Part shown: positions 1 through 8,704 of the stretch, in pieces
How the letters are laid out: each line of letters starts with the position of its first letter
Position numbering within the stretch: position 1 is the first letter of the stretch
Assembly: GCF_000284455.1 (NCBI RefSeq)
Contig: NC_017039.1
Location: forward strand, 1,530,001 to 1,562,000
Source of the DNA: Synechocystis sp. PCC 6803 substr. PCC-P
GTDB lineage: Bacteria; Cyanobacteriota; Cyanobacteriia; Cyanobacteriales; Microcystaceae
Length of the DNA stretch: 32,000 bases
Reading direction: 5' to 3'
Made by a program: the position numbers and the translations under genes
The notes under the pieces: model-generated
Database searches by the model: none
What the model was told of the DNA's origin: nothing
What the model saw: the letters and a program-made list of their open reading frames with translations, nothing else

Positions 1-289
1 CGAGCCAGCCGAGGAGTTGTCCCAAGTTTTGGGGTTCTTTCATTTGTTGGGTTAATGCTGTTCCTGGCGGTGAATCGGTTGCTTCTTTAGGTGGATTCTT
101 GCGTTCCCAAGCTTGGCCATTCCAACAGAGCCACATACCACCGGGATGTTCAATGTGCCACCAGTTCCCCTGGGCATCCTGCACCCGAAGACGGTCTAAC
201 CAAGCAGTAAATTCTGTTGCTGAAATATGACGCTCATGCAACTGCTGACACCAATCATAATACATTTGCTCGGCTTCGACAAAGTCCAT
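1..289 (-). CDS. hypothetical protein, N-terminal part only (ORF runs off the left edge)
   Basis: Hand translation of the minus strand from the ATG at 289-287 gives 96 codons with no stop down to position 1 (MDFVEAEQMYYDWCQQLHERHISATEFTAWLDRLRVQDAQGNWWHIEHPGG...). The ATG lies 2 nt after the TAA (294-292) of the preceding propeller gene, which is operon-like packing. No family recognised. Confidence 0.5.
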   Translation of the reverse strand, partial: MDFVEAEQMYYDWCQQLHERHISATEFTAWLDRLRVQDAQGNWWHIEHPGGMWLCWNGQAWERKNPPKEATDSPPGTALTQQMKEPQNLGQLLGWL

Positions 290-291
290 GG

Positions 292-1314
292 TTACTTGTC
301 TCCTAATTTCAGCAGTTGTTCAGCAGGAATATAGTTAACGCCGTCCTTGGTACCAATCCAAAAGTTGCCCGCCTGATCTTCCAGCATGACTTTTACCTCT
401 TGGTTGGCTAACCCATCTGCTTCCGTCAGGGTTAACCAGTTTTCTCCTGCTAAACGAGCTAGGCCGTCATTTTCTGAGCCGAGCCAAAGCACCCCTTGGC
501 GGTCTTGGTAAATGGAGCGTACTTTGGCCCCGGCCAATCCGTTTGCCGCTGTTAAGGTTTTTCGGACTACCCAGCCAGAGTTATTGGCTTCCAGTTGGGC
601 CGCTCCGCCTCGGTCAAAGAAACCAGTTCCGACCCAAACCTTATTGCTGTCCTTGATCCAGAGGCTCGTAATATTATTATGGGGCAGTCCATTGCTGGTA
701 GAGAATTTTTGACAGGTTTTCTTAAGACAATAATTGAGGCCACCCCGGGGAGCCACAGAGGAACCGAACCACATCCCCCCCTGAGAGTCTTGGGCAATGA
801 GATTAATCATTAAATCTGGTAAACCATCAGCCATTCCTAACCAACGCCATCCCGCTTTTTCTTTCACCGCCGCCCCCTGCCAAGTGCCAATCCACAACTG
901 CCCCTGGCGATCGAGATAGAGGGTATTGATGGGTTCACGGAAGCGGGAATCATCCGATTGATAAGCTTGGCAACGTTGACCGTCGTAATAGCTCAGTCCT
1001 TTGTTATGGGCAATCCAGAGCCAGTTTTGTCGATCAAGAACTAAAGCCTGGACAAAATTAACCGGGGGATCGCAGGTGATGGTTTTAACAATTTCTCGCT
1101 TTTGGATATCAATACCCACCACGCCATCTTTTCCCCCAGACCAAAGTATTTGATTCTGTAAAACCAGAGCTGACACTTCGTGGGGGGGACGAATTATTTG
1201 CCAACCAGGGCGTCTTTTGGATTGGAAATTGCGCCGCATTAAACCCAATAACTCCACAGAGAGGATCACAAAAATGCCCAATAGCAACAGAAAACGCCAT
1301 GGTTTCATTTTCAC
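292..1314 (-). CDS. membrane-anchored beta-propeller protein (two-component-regulator propeller / Reg_prop-like repeats)
   Basis: 340-aa ORF. The N-terminal hydrophobic anchor is WRFLLLLGIFVILSVELLGL. Seven spaced hWhG-type blade motifs follow: ILWSGGKDGV, WLWIAHNKGL, LWIGTWQGA, MWFGSSVAP, VWVGTGFFD, LWLGSENDGL, FWIGTKDGV. It starts 14 nt after the ABC ATPase stop. Confidence 0.75.
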   Translation of the reverse strand: MKMKPWRFLLLLGIFVILSVELLGLMRRNFQSKRRPGWQIIRPPHEVSALVLQNQILWSGGKDGVVGIDIQKREIVKTITCDPPVNFVQALVLDRQNWLWIAHNKGLSYYDGQRCQAYQSDDSRFREPINTLYLDRQGQLWIGTWQGAAVKEKAGWRWLGMADGLPDLMINLIAQDSQGGMWFGSSVAPRGGLNYCLKKTCQKFSTSNGLPHNNITSLWIKDSNKVWVGTGFFDRGGAAQLEANNSGWVVRKTLTAANGLAGAKVRSIYQDRQGVLWLGSENDGLARLAGENWLTLTEADGLANQEVKVMLEDQAGNFWIGTKDGVNYIPAEQLLKLGDK

Positions 1315-1328
1315 AAAGCCTCCTGGGC

Positions 1329-1985
1329 TCAGGGATTGGAATGGGGGACTAATTGACCGTCCCGGAGAAGCTGAATATCCGAGGTTAGAAATTGGGCTTC
1401 AGCTAAATCATGGGTGACGTAGAGGGTACAAGCCTGGGTGAAGTCTAAGTAATCCTGAAGATAGGTTAGTAGCTCTTCTTTTAAACCTTGATCAAGGTTG
1501 GAAAGGGGTTCATCCAACAGTAAAAAAGGCGGCCGGGGAGCTAGGGTACGGGCAAAGGCTACCCGTTTAGCTTCTCCTCCCGATAGTTGGTGGGGATAGC
1601 GATCTATCAGGGGGGCAATAGCTAATCGTGCTAACAATGGCTCAATGCGTTCTTGTTGCTCTGTTTTGCTAAGGTGGGCGAGGCCAAAAGCGATGTTTTG
1701 CTGGACAGTGAGATGGGGCCAGAGAGCCGGAGATTGAAAAACAAAACCAATACCCCTTTGGTGGGGCGGTAGATAATGCTGGGGACAACTAACCTGGCGA
1801 TCGCCAAGGTAAATTTCTCCTCCATCCAGGCGATCGAGACCAGCAATCAGTCGCAGGAGGGTGGTTTTACCGCTACCGGAACGGCCAAGAATGGCAGTTT
1901 TTCCCCCTGGAGGAATAGTTAGACATAGTTGCCGTAACACCGCCACGGAACCATAGGTTTTGCTCACCTGTTCAACTCTGATCAT
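1329..1985 (-). CDS. ABC transporter ATP-binding protein (short form, no C-terminal regulatory domain)
   Basis: Walker A GRSGSGKTT, ABC signature LSGGEAKR, Walker B LLLDEP. 218 aa. The start overlaps the permease stop by 14 nt. Confidence 0.9.
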   Translation of the reverse strand: MIRVEQVSKTYGSVAVLRQLCLTIPPGGKTAILGRSGSGKTTLLRLIAGLDRLDGGEIYLGDRQVSCPQHYLPPHQRGIGFVFQSPALWPHLTVQQNIAFGLAHLSKTEQQERIEPLLARLAIAPLIDRYPHQLSGGEAKRVAFARTLAPRPPFLLLDEPLSNLDQGLKEELLTYLQDYLDFTQACTLYVTHDLAEAQFLTSDIQLLRDGQLVPHSNP

Positions 1986-3576
1986 ACTTTTTCCCCCGGC
2001 TCAGCAAAGATGAACCCATCAGCAGAACGATGGATAGGAATCCCCCGACAATGGCCGCTCCCCCCACCATGAACAAACAAAGAAGGGCCACTTCCCCGGA
2101 AGCACCGTAGTGTAGATAGTTATAAATCCGCAGGGTCAAGGTGGAATAGCCGGGAGGAATAACAATCAATGTTGCTCCCAACTCCCCCGCACTGAAGGCA
2201 AAGACGACCCCAGCAGCAGCCAACAGACCAGGAAGTAAAAGGGGAAAACGCAGATAAAGCCAAATACGCCAACGGGGCCCGGGCACTAAAAAAGTACTGT
2301 CCCAGAGGCCAGGGTCTAATTGTCGTTGTTGGGCAAAAAGTATCAGGGCGGCCATGGGGGTAAAGCGGGCTAGGTGGGCAAGGATAGGCATGGCCAGGCC
2401 GCCGTAAAAAGGATTACCCCAAGGGGCATACCCCAGGGCAATTAAGCCTACCCCCACCAGGGGCGCAGGTAAAACTAGGGCACCAATGAGTAGTGTCCAC
2501 ACAAACCATTGCCAAGGACTTTCCCTTTGTAATGAGACATTGATGACCAGGGCCAAAGGCAGGGAAAGAATGGCTGTTGAACTGGCTAATCCGAGGGTGA
2601 CCCCCGCTTCTGGTAAGGCTGACTCCAGGATGCTGAGGGGATATCCTCCCTCTTGGAAATTGATCAACGCCAAACTGCCGACGGGGACAATGATCTGGAA
2701 CAGGCCTAAACCCATGGCGATCGCCTGGAAGGCCAGTAACCACCGGGGCCATTGCCAGGGAATTTGCCAAGCTGGGCATTGGATGCGTTTTTGTAGAGTT
2801 TGTTGTAGGGGAGTTTGGAGAGAAATAATTCCTAGGGCAGATATTAGGAGCAGGGGAATGGCAAGGAAAAAAGCCCGTATTGGTTCGTTGCTGGCGCTGT
2901 ATTCAGCAAAAATTTCCAGGGCGTAGGAACTGACGCCAAACAGGGAGGGGATGCTGTAGTCAGTGAGGCTCAATAAAAATAGCAATGCACCACTGGCCCA
3001 AAAACTAGGCATGGCTAAGGGCAGCACCACTTTCTGCAAAACCTGTTCATCCTGGGCTAGTAACCGAGCGGCTTCTATGGTGTCTAAGGGGACAGCTAGA
3101 AAACCAATCAGGGTCAGACCCACCGCCAGAGGTAACCAAGCCATTAATTCAATGCCAGCACCCCCCCACCAAGGGGGCAGAATATCCCCATTAATACCCA
3201 CCAGGGTTAGAGTTTTTCCCAATACTGTCCCTAACTTAGACCAGGCCAAGGCATGGATATAGGGCGGTATGAATAATAAGGGCAATAGACACCAGCGCCA
3301 ACGTCTGACGGCCTGGTATTGCCAACCTAAACAAGCAATCATAGCCCCCACTACGGTGCCGGCGATCGCCACGACTGCGGCCAATTTAACGCTTTGCCAA
3401 AGCAGATGTCCCCGTCGCCCCCAGGGTAATGCTAGCGCCAACCAATCCAGGTGACCTGCCATTATGCCCATGAAAGCCCCAATGACCAGGGCCAACAGTG
3501 GGCTAAAAATAACCAGGGCCGAAACCACCAACCCCAATTTTTCCCAGTACCCCCCAAAGCTAGTTGGCGATCGCAT
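1972..3576 (-). CDS. ABC transporter permease, fused two-domain type (FbpB/AfuB/ThiP-like)
   Basis: 534 aa and highly hydrophobic, with about 12 predicted TM segments. This size and architecture are typical of the duplicated permeases of Fe3+ and thiamine importers. The ATG shares one base with the TGA of the upstream binding-protein gene (TGATG at 3578-3574). Confidence 0.85.
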   Translation of the reverse strand: MRSPTSFGGYWEKLGLVVSALVIFSPLLALVIGAFMGIMAGHLDWLALALPWGRRGHLLWQSVKLAAVVAIAGTVVGAMIACLGWQYQAVRRWRWCLLPLLFIPPYIHALAWSKLGTVLGKTLTLVGINGDILPPWWGGAGIELMAWLPLAVGLTLIGFLAVPLDTIEAARLLAQDEQVLQKVVLPLAMPSFWASGALLFLLSLTDYSIPSLFGVSSYALEIFAEYSASNEPIRAFFLAIPLLLISALGIISLQTPLQQTLQKRIQCPAWQIPWQWPRWLLAFQAIAMGLGLFQIIVPVGSLALINFQEGGYPLSILESALPEAGVTLGLASSTAILSLPLALVINVSLQRESPWQWFVWTLLIGALVLPAPLVGVGLIALGYAPWGNPFYGGLAMPILAHLARFTPMAALILFAQQRQLDPGLWDSTFLVPGPRWRIWLYLRFPLLLPGLLAAAGVVFAFSAGELGATLIVIPPGYSTLTLRIYNYLHYGASGEVALLCLFMVGGAAIVGGFLSIVLLMGSSLLSRGKKYDQS

Positions 3577-4613
3577 CAGCGCACAAAAATAGTTTGTAAA
3601 TCACGCTTAGAAGTCTCCAACTGTTCAAATACCTGGGTAGGATTGACTGCCATCGGTTTGACCACGAAATTTTCCAGGCAGGTGGAAACTGGAGAACTGG
3701 AATGGAGGGGTAACTGACTCCCCCCAAGTTGAATTAATTCAGCTTCCGTACTGGGAGCGATTAAAAAATCCACCAGAGCTTGGCCCGCTTCCGGGTGGGG
3801 AGCGTTGGCAATTAATGCCACAGAGCCAGTCAACACAAAGGCTCCCATTTGTCCTGGCCCTTGATCGGGGAAAATTATCTCCACTGGTTCTCCCTTGGCC
3901 ACTGCGCTACAAGCATCATCGGTATCCGTCAGCCCGATCGCCAATTGACCGTTAACAACCAAATCCCTAACCACCGAATTACCGTCCACCACCCCCACTC
4001 CCTTTTCCTGGAGAGAACGATAAAATTGCTCGGCCTGGGCATTTCCCCAATGGGCATAGAGAGCCGCGGCATGGGTTGCGGAGGTACCAAAAATGGGATA
4101 AGCAATGCCCACAGGTTGGCCTCCAGTGGCCAGGGACACCAGATCGGTTAATGATTGGGGATATTGATTTTCCGCTAGCTTTTCGGTGTTAGCCAGTAAA
4201 ATCCTCGCTCGTCCCCCAACTCCGTACCAATAACCTTGGGGATCTCGATATTGGGCTGGCAACTGTTCACCACTGGCGGAGGTATAGGGCACAAGTACAT
4301 TTTGTTGTTTAAGCATTAGGGTTTGCACAAACTCCCCACTCCAAAAGACATCCGCCTGGGGACGATTTTTTTCCAGTAACAGACGATTGGCCAGCCCTGT
4401 GGTTTTAGTTGCTTCCACGTCATAAACCGGCAATACCTTGATGCCAGTTGCCTGAGAAAACTTTTCTAAAATTGGTTCCGCATAAATGCGATCAACGGAG
4501 ACGTAGACCACTACTTCCCGAGGAGATGTTCGATCACAGCCATTAACGGCGATCGCCAGTAAAGAAATTAGAGTGAGTAGCCATTGTTTCCTCGTTGATA
4601 AAAGCATAATCAA
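3576..4613 (-). CDS. ABC transporter substrate-binding lipoprotein (Fe3+/thiamine-type SBP)
   Basis: 345 aa. Signal peptide with lipobox LLAIAVNGC. The length and its position at the head of the permease/ATPase operon fit a cluster-D type SBP. The substrate cannot be determined from sequence alone. Confidence 0.8.
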   Translation of the reverse strand: MIMLLSTRKQWLLTLISLLAIAVNGCDRTSPREVVVYVSVDRIYAEPILEKFSQATGIKVLPVYDVEATKTTGLANRLLLEKNRPQADVFWSGEFVQTLMLKQQNVLVPYTSASGEQLPAQYRDPQGYWYGVGGRARILLANTEKLAENQYPQSLTDLVSLATGGQPVGIAYPIFGTSATHAAALYAHWGNAQAEQFYRSLQEKGVGVVDGNSVVRDLVVNGQLAIGLTDTDDACSAVAKGEPVEIIFPDQGPGQMGAFVLTGSVALIANAPHPEAGQALVDFLIAPSTEAELIQLGGSQLPLHSSSPVSTCLENFVVKPMAVNPTQVFEQLETSKRDLQTIFVR

Positions 4614-4681
4614 AACAATTTCCTTTAACGGTTCTGCTAGGTTAAGTAGATAAGCCTAGAGTGATGGGTATTTGATGAGAA

Positions 4682-4951
4682 TCAGAAAGTTTCCAGCAGC
4701 TTTTTTACTGTGTCTTTAGCTTCTTTTAGCCCACAACCAGTTAGGGAACGGCAGACTTTGATCGCTTCAATTTTCTTGCCTTGCCTTAGCAGTACCATGA
4801 TTTGTTCTTTTTCACTGGCAGATAATTGCTGAATAATTTCCTTGGTATAGGTAATATCTCGAGGAGCAGTGGGTGTTCCTGTCTGAAGGAAAATTACTAG
4901 TAGAAATATCACTACTAACGCTACCAATATCAAAATTATAGTCATGCCCAT
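4682..4951 (-). CDS. small single-pass membrane protein with a ribosomal L7/L12 C-terminal-domain-like segment
   Basis: 89 aa. N-terminal TM helix TIILILVALVVIFLLVIFL. The C-terminal KKIEAIKVCRSLTGCGLKEAKDTVKKL closely resembles the conserved L7/L12 motif K-V-A-V-I-K-A-V-R-x-x-T-G-L-G-L-K-E-A-K-D-L-V. Confidence 0.6.
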   Translation of the reverse strand: MGMTIILILVALVVIFLLVIFLQTGTPTAPRDITYTKEIIQQLSASEKEQIMVLLRQGKKIEAIKVCRSLTGCGLKEAKDTVKKLLETF

Positions 4952-5144
4952 TTCTTTTTTTTGTTTATTAAGTTAGTTAAAAAATGTGCTATTGCTCACG
5001 TTCTAGGAGTTTGTTGGAAAACTCAAAATCAAACGATTTATCTCCCTAAACCTCTCTTAAAAAGAGTGATTTTTCAATTATTTTCCCCTTGTGAATGAGG
5101 GCAGAGGGAATTTCAACTCCAAAACACAGCTTTCCAAACAAGAT

Positions 5145-6821
5145 CTAGGGTAAAGTCAATTCTACTTTAACCGTGCCAGCCCGCTCAGCCTGGGCAGTAA
5201 TGGTTAACTTTTCTCCGGGGTTACCCCTAATTACCCAAATCAAGTGACGGCGATAATCAATGCCATTGGCTAAGGAAGATTTCGCTTTGTTGGAACGCCC
5301 TTCCAAGTGAGGTAATTCCTGGTGAATTTTGCCGGTGATTAAAGTGACGCTATCTGTTTTTTTCAAAGTAACTTGAATGGGGCGCACCGCCTTCCTTTCT
5401 AGGGCTTTTTGACTGGTGTAGGTGGGCAAGAAACCCTGATTTTCCCATTGCACTGTGATTTGGTAAATATTTTCTCCTTGGGCAGTAATTTCGGCTTTAG
5501 CCACTGCCAAACGGGGAGCCATGAGGGCATGGGTAATGGCAAAGCGAAACTGTTGCTCACAGAGTTCGGGTAAAAACTGAGCTGGAGCATTTTGCCACAT
5601 GGTTTTAAAACTCCAACCGCCAATTTCCACCTTGCCTAGTTGGGGATGGTCAAAGGGTTGCCAATGGACAAAACCCTCGCCGCTCAACGCTTGGTCATTC
5701 CATTGCATCAGTTTGTAATCGTCTTCTGGGGGATGCCAACGGAACCATTCAATTAAATCTTCTTTTTCAATGCCGGCCGCAGTGGGAGCGTCCCAAAGTT
5801 CCACTGTAAAACCAAACCAACCGTAGTGGTCATAGGCATAATCATCCATCACCCCGTAGATGACTTCCTTGGGATGGTAGCGAAAATCGTGGTAAGCGGA
5901 AATGCAATTGTAACCAGTCAATTCTTTGCCTTTTTGCCCAAGAATTTTGTACACCTCTAGGTCTTCTACGGGTAAATTTTCATCTGCTTGGGAAGCGTAG
6001 GGGCGCAGAATCACCGCTGAATAGGTGTGGTAGCTAATAAAACCGTTAATATTGCGATGCTGTTGCCAAAATTCTGCCTCTGCTCTGGTTTCCGGTTCAG
6101 AAAAGGGGAAATCTCCGGCACCCTGTTGTTGTCCTTCTGGGGCCCATTGGTGGGGATAGTTGCGGTTAAAATCTAGTCCTTCCTGGGTGGGGGCGAGGTC
6201 AAATTCGTAGCCGTCATAGTTACGGACCAGACCCTCTGGCAACAAAGTGTAATATTCACCACCAAATTCCTCTGGCGATCGCCCGATCATTACCCTGGGA
6301 TCTTGATCAGAAATTTTCCAGGCACCGCAGGGATCGAGAAGGCGCATTTGTAAAATTAAACCGTCACCGTTGACATCCTCAGGGTAAAGACCATCTCTTT
6401 CTTCGGGGTAGGGATAGGGTCGCACACTGGAGCGCAATAGGTAGGGGGTGGTTAAATATTTCTCCGCTCCATCCATGGCTAGCCGGGGCAGGACGTAAAC
6501 GGTGTAGTGGTCGAGTAAATGGGTAATTTGGGCATCTTCCCCATACTTGGTCATCAGTTGATGCAGGCAATACAAGGCCACGGCCGATCCTGTTACTTCC
6601 CCAGCGTGGGTGTTGGCATCGATCCAGTAACCAGGTTTATTGCGATAATCCCCCGTAGCTTGATTGGTGGCGATCGCCACCCAAATGTCCCGGCCGGCAT
6701 AGCTTTGGCCAATGGTTTGCACCGTTAGCAGGGAACCATAGCTAGTTTGTAGTTGTTGTAAAAACTGGTCTATTTCCTGGTAGGTGAAATAGTGACTGAA
6801 ATCAAAGGGAGAAACGGTCAT
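5145..6821 (-). CDS. M14-family zinc carboxypeptidase (no signal peptide, probably cytoplasmic)
   Basis: 558 aa. HxxE zinc motif in WIDANTHAGEVTGS, the NRN substrate motif in DFNRNYPHQW, and the third zinc His in ISYHTYS. Confidence 0.85.
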   Translation of the reverse strand: MTVSPFDFSHYFTYQEIDQFLQQLQTSYGSLLTVQTIGQSYAGRDIWVAIATNQATGDYRNKPGYWIDANTHAGEVTGSAVALYCLHQLMTKYGEDAQITHLLDHYTVYVLPRLAMDGAEKYLTTPYLLRSSVRPYPYPEERDGLYPEDVNGDGLILQMRLLDPCGAWKISDQDPRVMIGRSPEEFGGEYYTLLPEGLVRNYDGYEFDLAPTQEGLDFNRNYPHQWAPEGQQQGAGDFPFSEPETRAEAEFWQQHRNINGFISYHTYSAVILRPYASQADENLPVEDLEVYKILGQKGKELTGYNCISAYHDFRYHPKEVIYGVMDDYAYDHYGWFGFTVELWDAPTAAGIEKEDLIEWFRWHPPEDDYKLMQWNDQALSGEGFVHWQPFDHPQLGKVEIGGWSFKTMWQNAPAQFLPELCEQQFRFAITHALMAPRLAVAKAEITAQGENIYQITVQWENQGFLPTYTSQKALERKAVRPIQVTLKKTDSVTLITGKIHQELPHLEGRSNKAKSSLANGIDYRRHLIWVIRGNPGEKLTITAQAERAGTVKVELTLP

Positions 6822-6855
6822 GGAGGACGCAACGAATCACAAAGGGTGAATAACG

Positions 6856-7839
6856 ATGGGGATTGGCGTAAACTCAGATCCCAAAGTCGTACATCATCAA
6901 TCTATACCTAAACCTAATGCCATGGCGATCGCCAATTACAGAGCCATTACAACCAAACAATGGCAAACATGGGTAGAAGCTGCCCGTCTTCAGGCCCTCA
7001 ACGGTAAGTTACCCCAATACATTCCTCAGTTGAGCTTGGTCGATCCAGGTAATTTTGCCCTAGACATTGGCGACCAAAACGGCATTATTTACGAAGCAGG
7101 AGATACAGACTTAACGTTTAGTTTGATGAGTGTGGTCAAACCCTTTCTGTGGCTTTACATACTCCATCACCGGGGTTGGCAGTGGGCCGAGCAAAAAGTT
7201 GGCGATCGCCCTTCCCATTTACCTTTTAATTCCGTGGAGCAATTGGAGCAGGATGGGGGTTATCCCCGCAACACCATGGTCAACAGTGGCGCCATCTGCC
7301 TAGCGGGTCATATTCCGGGGGCAACGATAGAGCAACGGTGTGAAAATTTTCTCACTTGGTTAAACCACACCGCCCAATGTCAACTCTGGCTTGATCAGGA
7401 ACTATTGGCTTCAGTCCATTCCCTACCCAATCCCCGCAATCTGGCGATCGCCCATTTGTTGGCAGCAAAAGGTTATGTGGAAGATGCGACCCTGGCTCTA
7501 GAAACCTATAACCAACTTTGTTGTTTGAGTGGTTGCCTCAAGGATTTATTCAAGCTAGGCCTAATGTTGCAATGTCCCCAGCCGCCGTTACAACCGGACA
7601 CCACTGCCAGGGTCAAAGCCACCATGGCCAAAGCAGGACTGTATGAAATGTCAGAAGCGTTTTTTCGGCGCACCGGCTTTATTTGCAAATCGGGGGTCAG
7701 TGGCCTAATTTTGGCTTGTTTGCCGGCCCCGTCACCGACCATTTTTGCCTGCTATAGTCCGCCTTTGAATGAAGAAGGAAACCCTGTGGCTCCCCTGGCA
7801 CTATTAGAGTTTTTGGCAGAGTTCACCTCTAGAAATTAA
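6856..7839 (+). CDS. glsA: glutaminase
   Basis: 327-aa ORF. Ser-x-x-Lys motif MSVVKPF and KSGVSGLI motif, both typical of glutaminase A (serine beta-lactamase-like fold). An alternative start at ATG 6922 (MAIANY..., inside a HIP1 site) would leave a more realistic divergent promoter region. Confidence 0.85.
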   Translation: MGIGVNSDPKVVHHQSIPKPNAMAIANYRAITTKQWQTWVEAARLQALNGKLPQYIPQLSLVDPGNFALDIGDQNGIIYEAGDTDLTFSLMSVVKPFLWLYILHHRGWQWAEQKVGDRPSHLPFNSVEQLEQDGGYPRNTMVNSGAICLAGHIPGATIEQRCENFLTWLNHTAQCQLWLDQELLASVHSLPNPRNLAIAHLLAAKGYVEDATLALETYNQLCCLSGCLKDLFKLGLMLQCPQPPLQPDTTARVKATMAKAGLYEMSEAFFRRTGFICKSGVSGLILACLPAPSPTIFACYSPPLNEEGNPVAPLALLEFLAEFTSRN

Positions 7840-7943
7840 AGAAACAGTCATGTCTGATTTAGCCTTGTTTGATATTGGAAACGTTATAATTTGGCTAATT
7901 AAAACAATAATAATTTGCCAAACAAATGCTCGTGAGGTTTTAA

Positions 7944-8186
7944 ATGGTTACAACTTTTAGCAAACCATCTTCTCTAGTTCATGAAATTCATCTAGAAAAG
8001 GTCGGTAGCTGGAATTTATTCAAGTTTAATGAATCCTTACAATTACGAATGGAAGATCTTTTACAAAAGAAAAAATCCGACAAAATTACCATCGAAGAAA
8101 TTGCTGAATTGGATGCTATTGGTGAATTAGACCGTATTTTTACACACATTAACGCAATGCTAGCAGCCCAAGATGCCAATCAGTGA
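7944..8186 (+). CDS. hypothetical small acidic/helical protein, translationally coupled to the HNH nuclease gene
   Basis: 80-aa ORF in an AT-rich segment. Its last 14 nt overlap the start of the HNH gene. No family recognised. Confidence 0.5.
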   Translation: MVTTFSKPSSLVHEIHLEKVGSWNLFKFNESLQLRMEDLLQKKKSDKITIEEIAELDAIGELDRIFTHINAMLAAQDANQ

Positions 8187-8625
8187 AGATCTCAAACAAG
8201 CTATTCGGCAACGGGCAAGATATATCTGTGAATATTGTCATTCCCCAGAACGATTGAGTGCAAACAGATTCACCATTGATCATGTAATTCCGAAATCTTT
8301 AGGTGGTTCTGACGCATTTAATAACCTTGCCCTTGCTTGTCGTCGTTGTAACGAGAGGCGCTACAACTTTGTCGCCAGTATAGATCCACAAACTAAGACT
8401 ATTGTTGCCATTTTTAACCCCCGCCAACAGAATTGGGCAGAACATTTCATTTGGACAAATAGAGGGATAATAATACAAGGAACCACGACAACCGGTCGTG
8501 CGACGTGTATCCGACTTGATTTAAATGATACCCGTTATCCAGAGGAAGATTCTATCCAGGAAACACGACGATTTTGGTTGAAAACGGGACTGCATCCCCC
8601 CATAGATGATCCTTGCAAAAATTGA
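8173..8625 (+). CDS. HNH endonuclease (McrA/COG1403-like, stand-alone 150 aa)
   Basis: CEYCHSPERLSANRFTIDHVIPKSLGGSDAFNNLALACRRCNERR contains the CxxC...H-N(N)-H...CxxC HNH zinc-finger nuclease signature. Confidence 0.85.
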   Translation: MPISEDLKQAIRQRARYICEYCHSPERLSANRFTIDHVIPKSLGGSDAFNNLALACRRCNERRYNFVASIDPQTKTIVAIFNPRQQNWAEHFIWTNRGIIIQGTTTTGRATCIRLDLNDTRYPEEDSIQETRRFWLKTGLHPPIDDPCKN

Positions 8626-8704
8626 ATCAATTCGGTGATTTTCTTAACCATTTGAACTTCTCAATGGAATTTGATAAAAATCAATGAAGATGACTTGAAA
8701 TTAA

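Noticed and set aside
2486-2926. Antisense ORFs inside long genes. This one lies opposite the permease. Others include 14768-15223 and 14958-15263 opposite katG, 26685-26979 opposite the ALS-like gene, 10354-10683 inside ctaD, and 18050-18325 opposite ilvB.
   Set aside because: All lie within strongly supported genes whose protein motifs are unambiguous. Their translations are Pro/Arg/Gly-rich, which is typical of non-coding frames.
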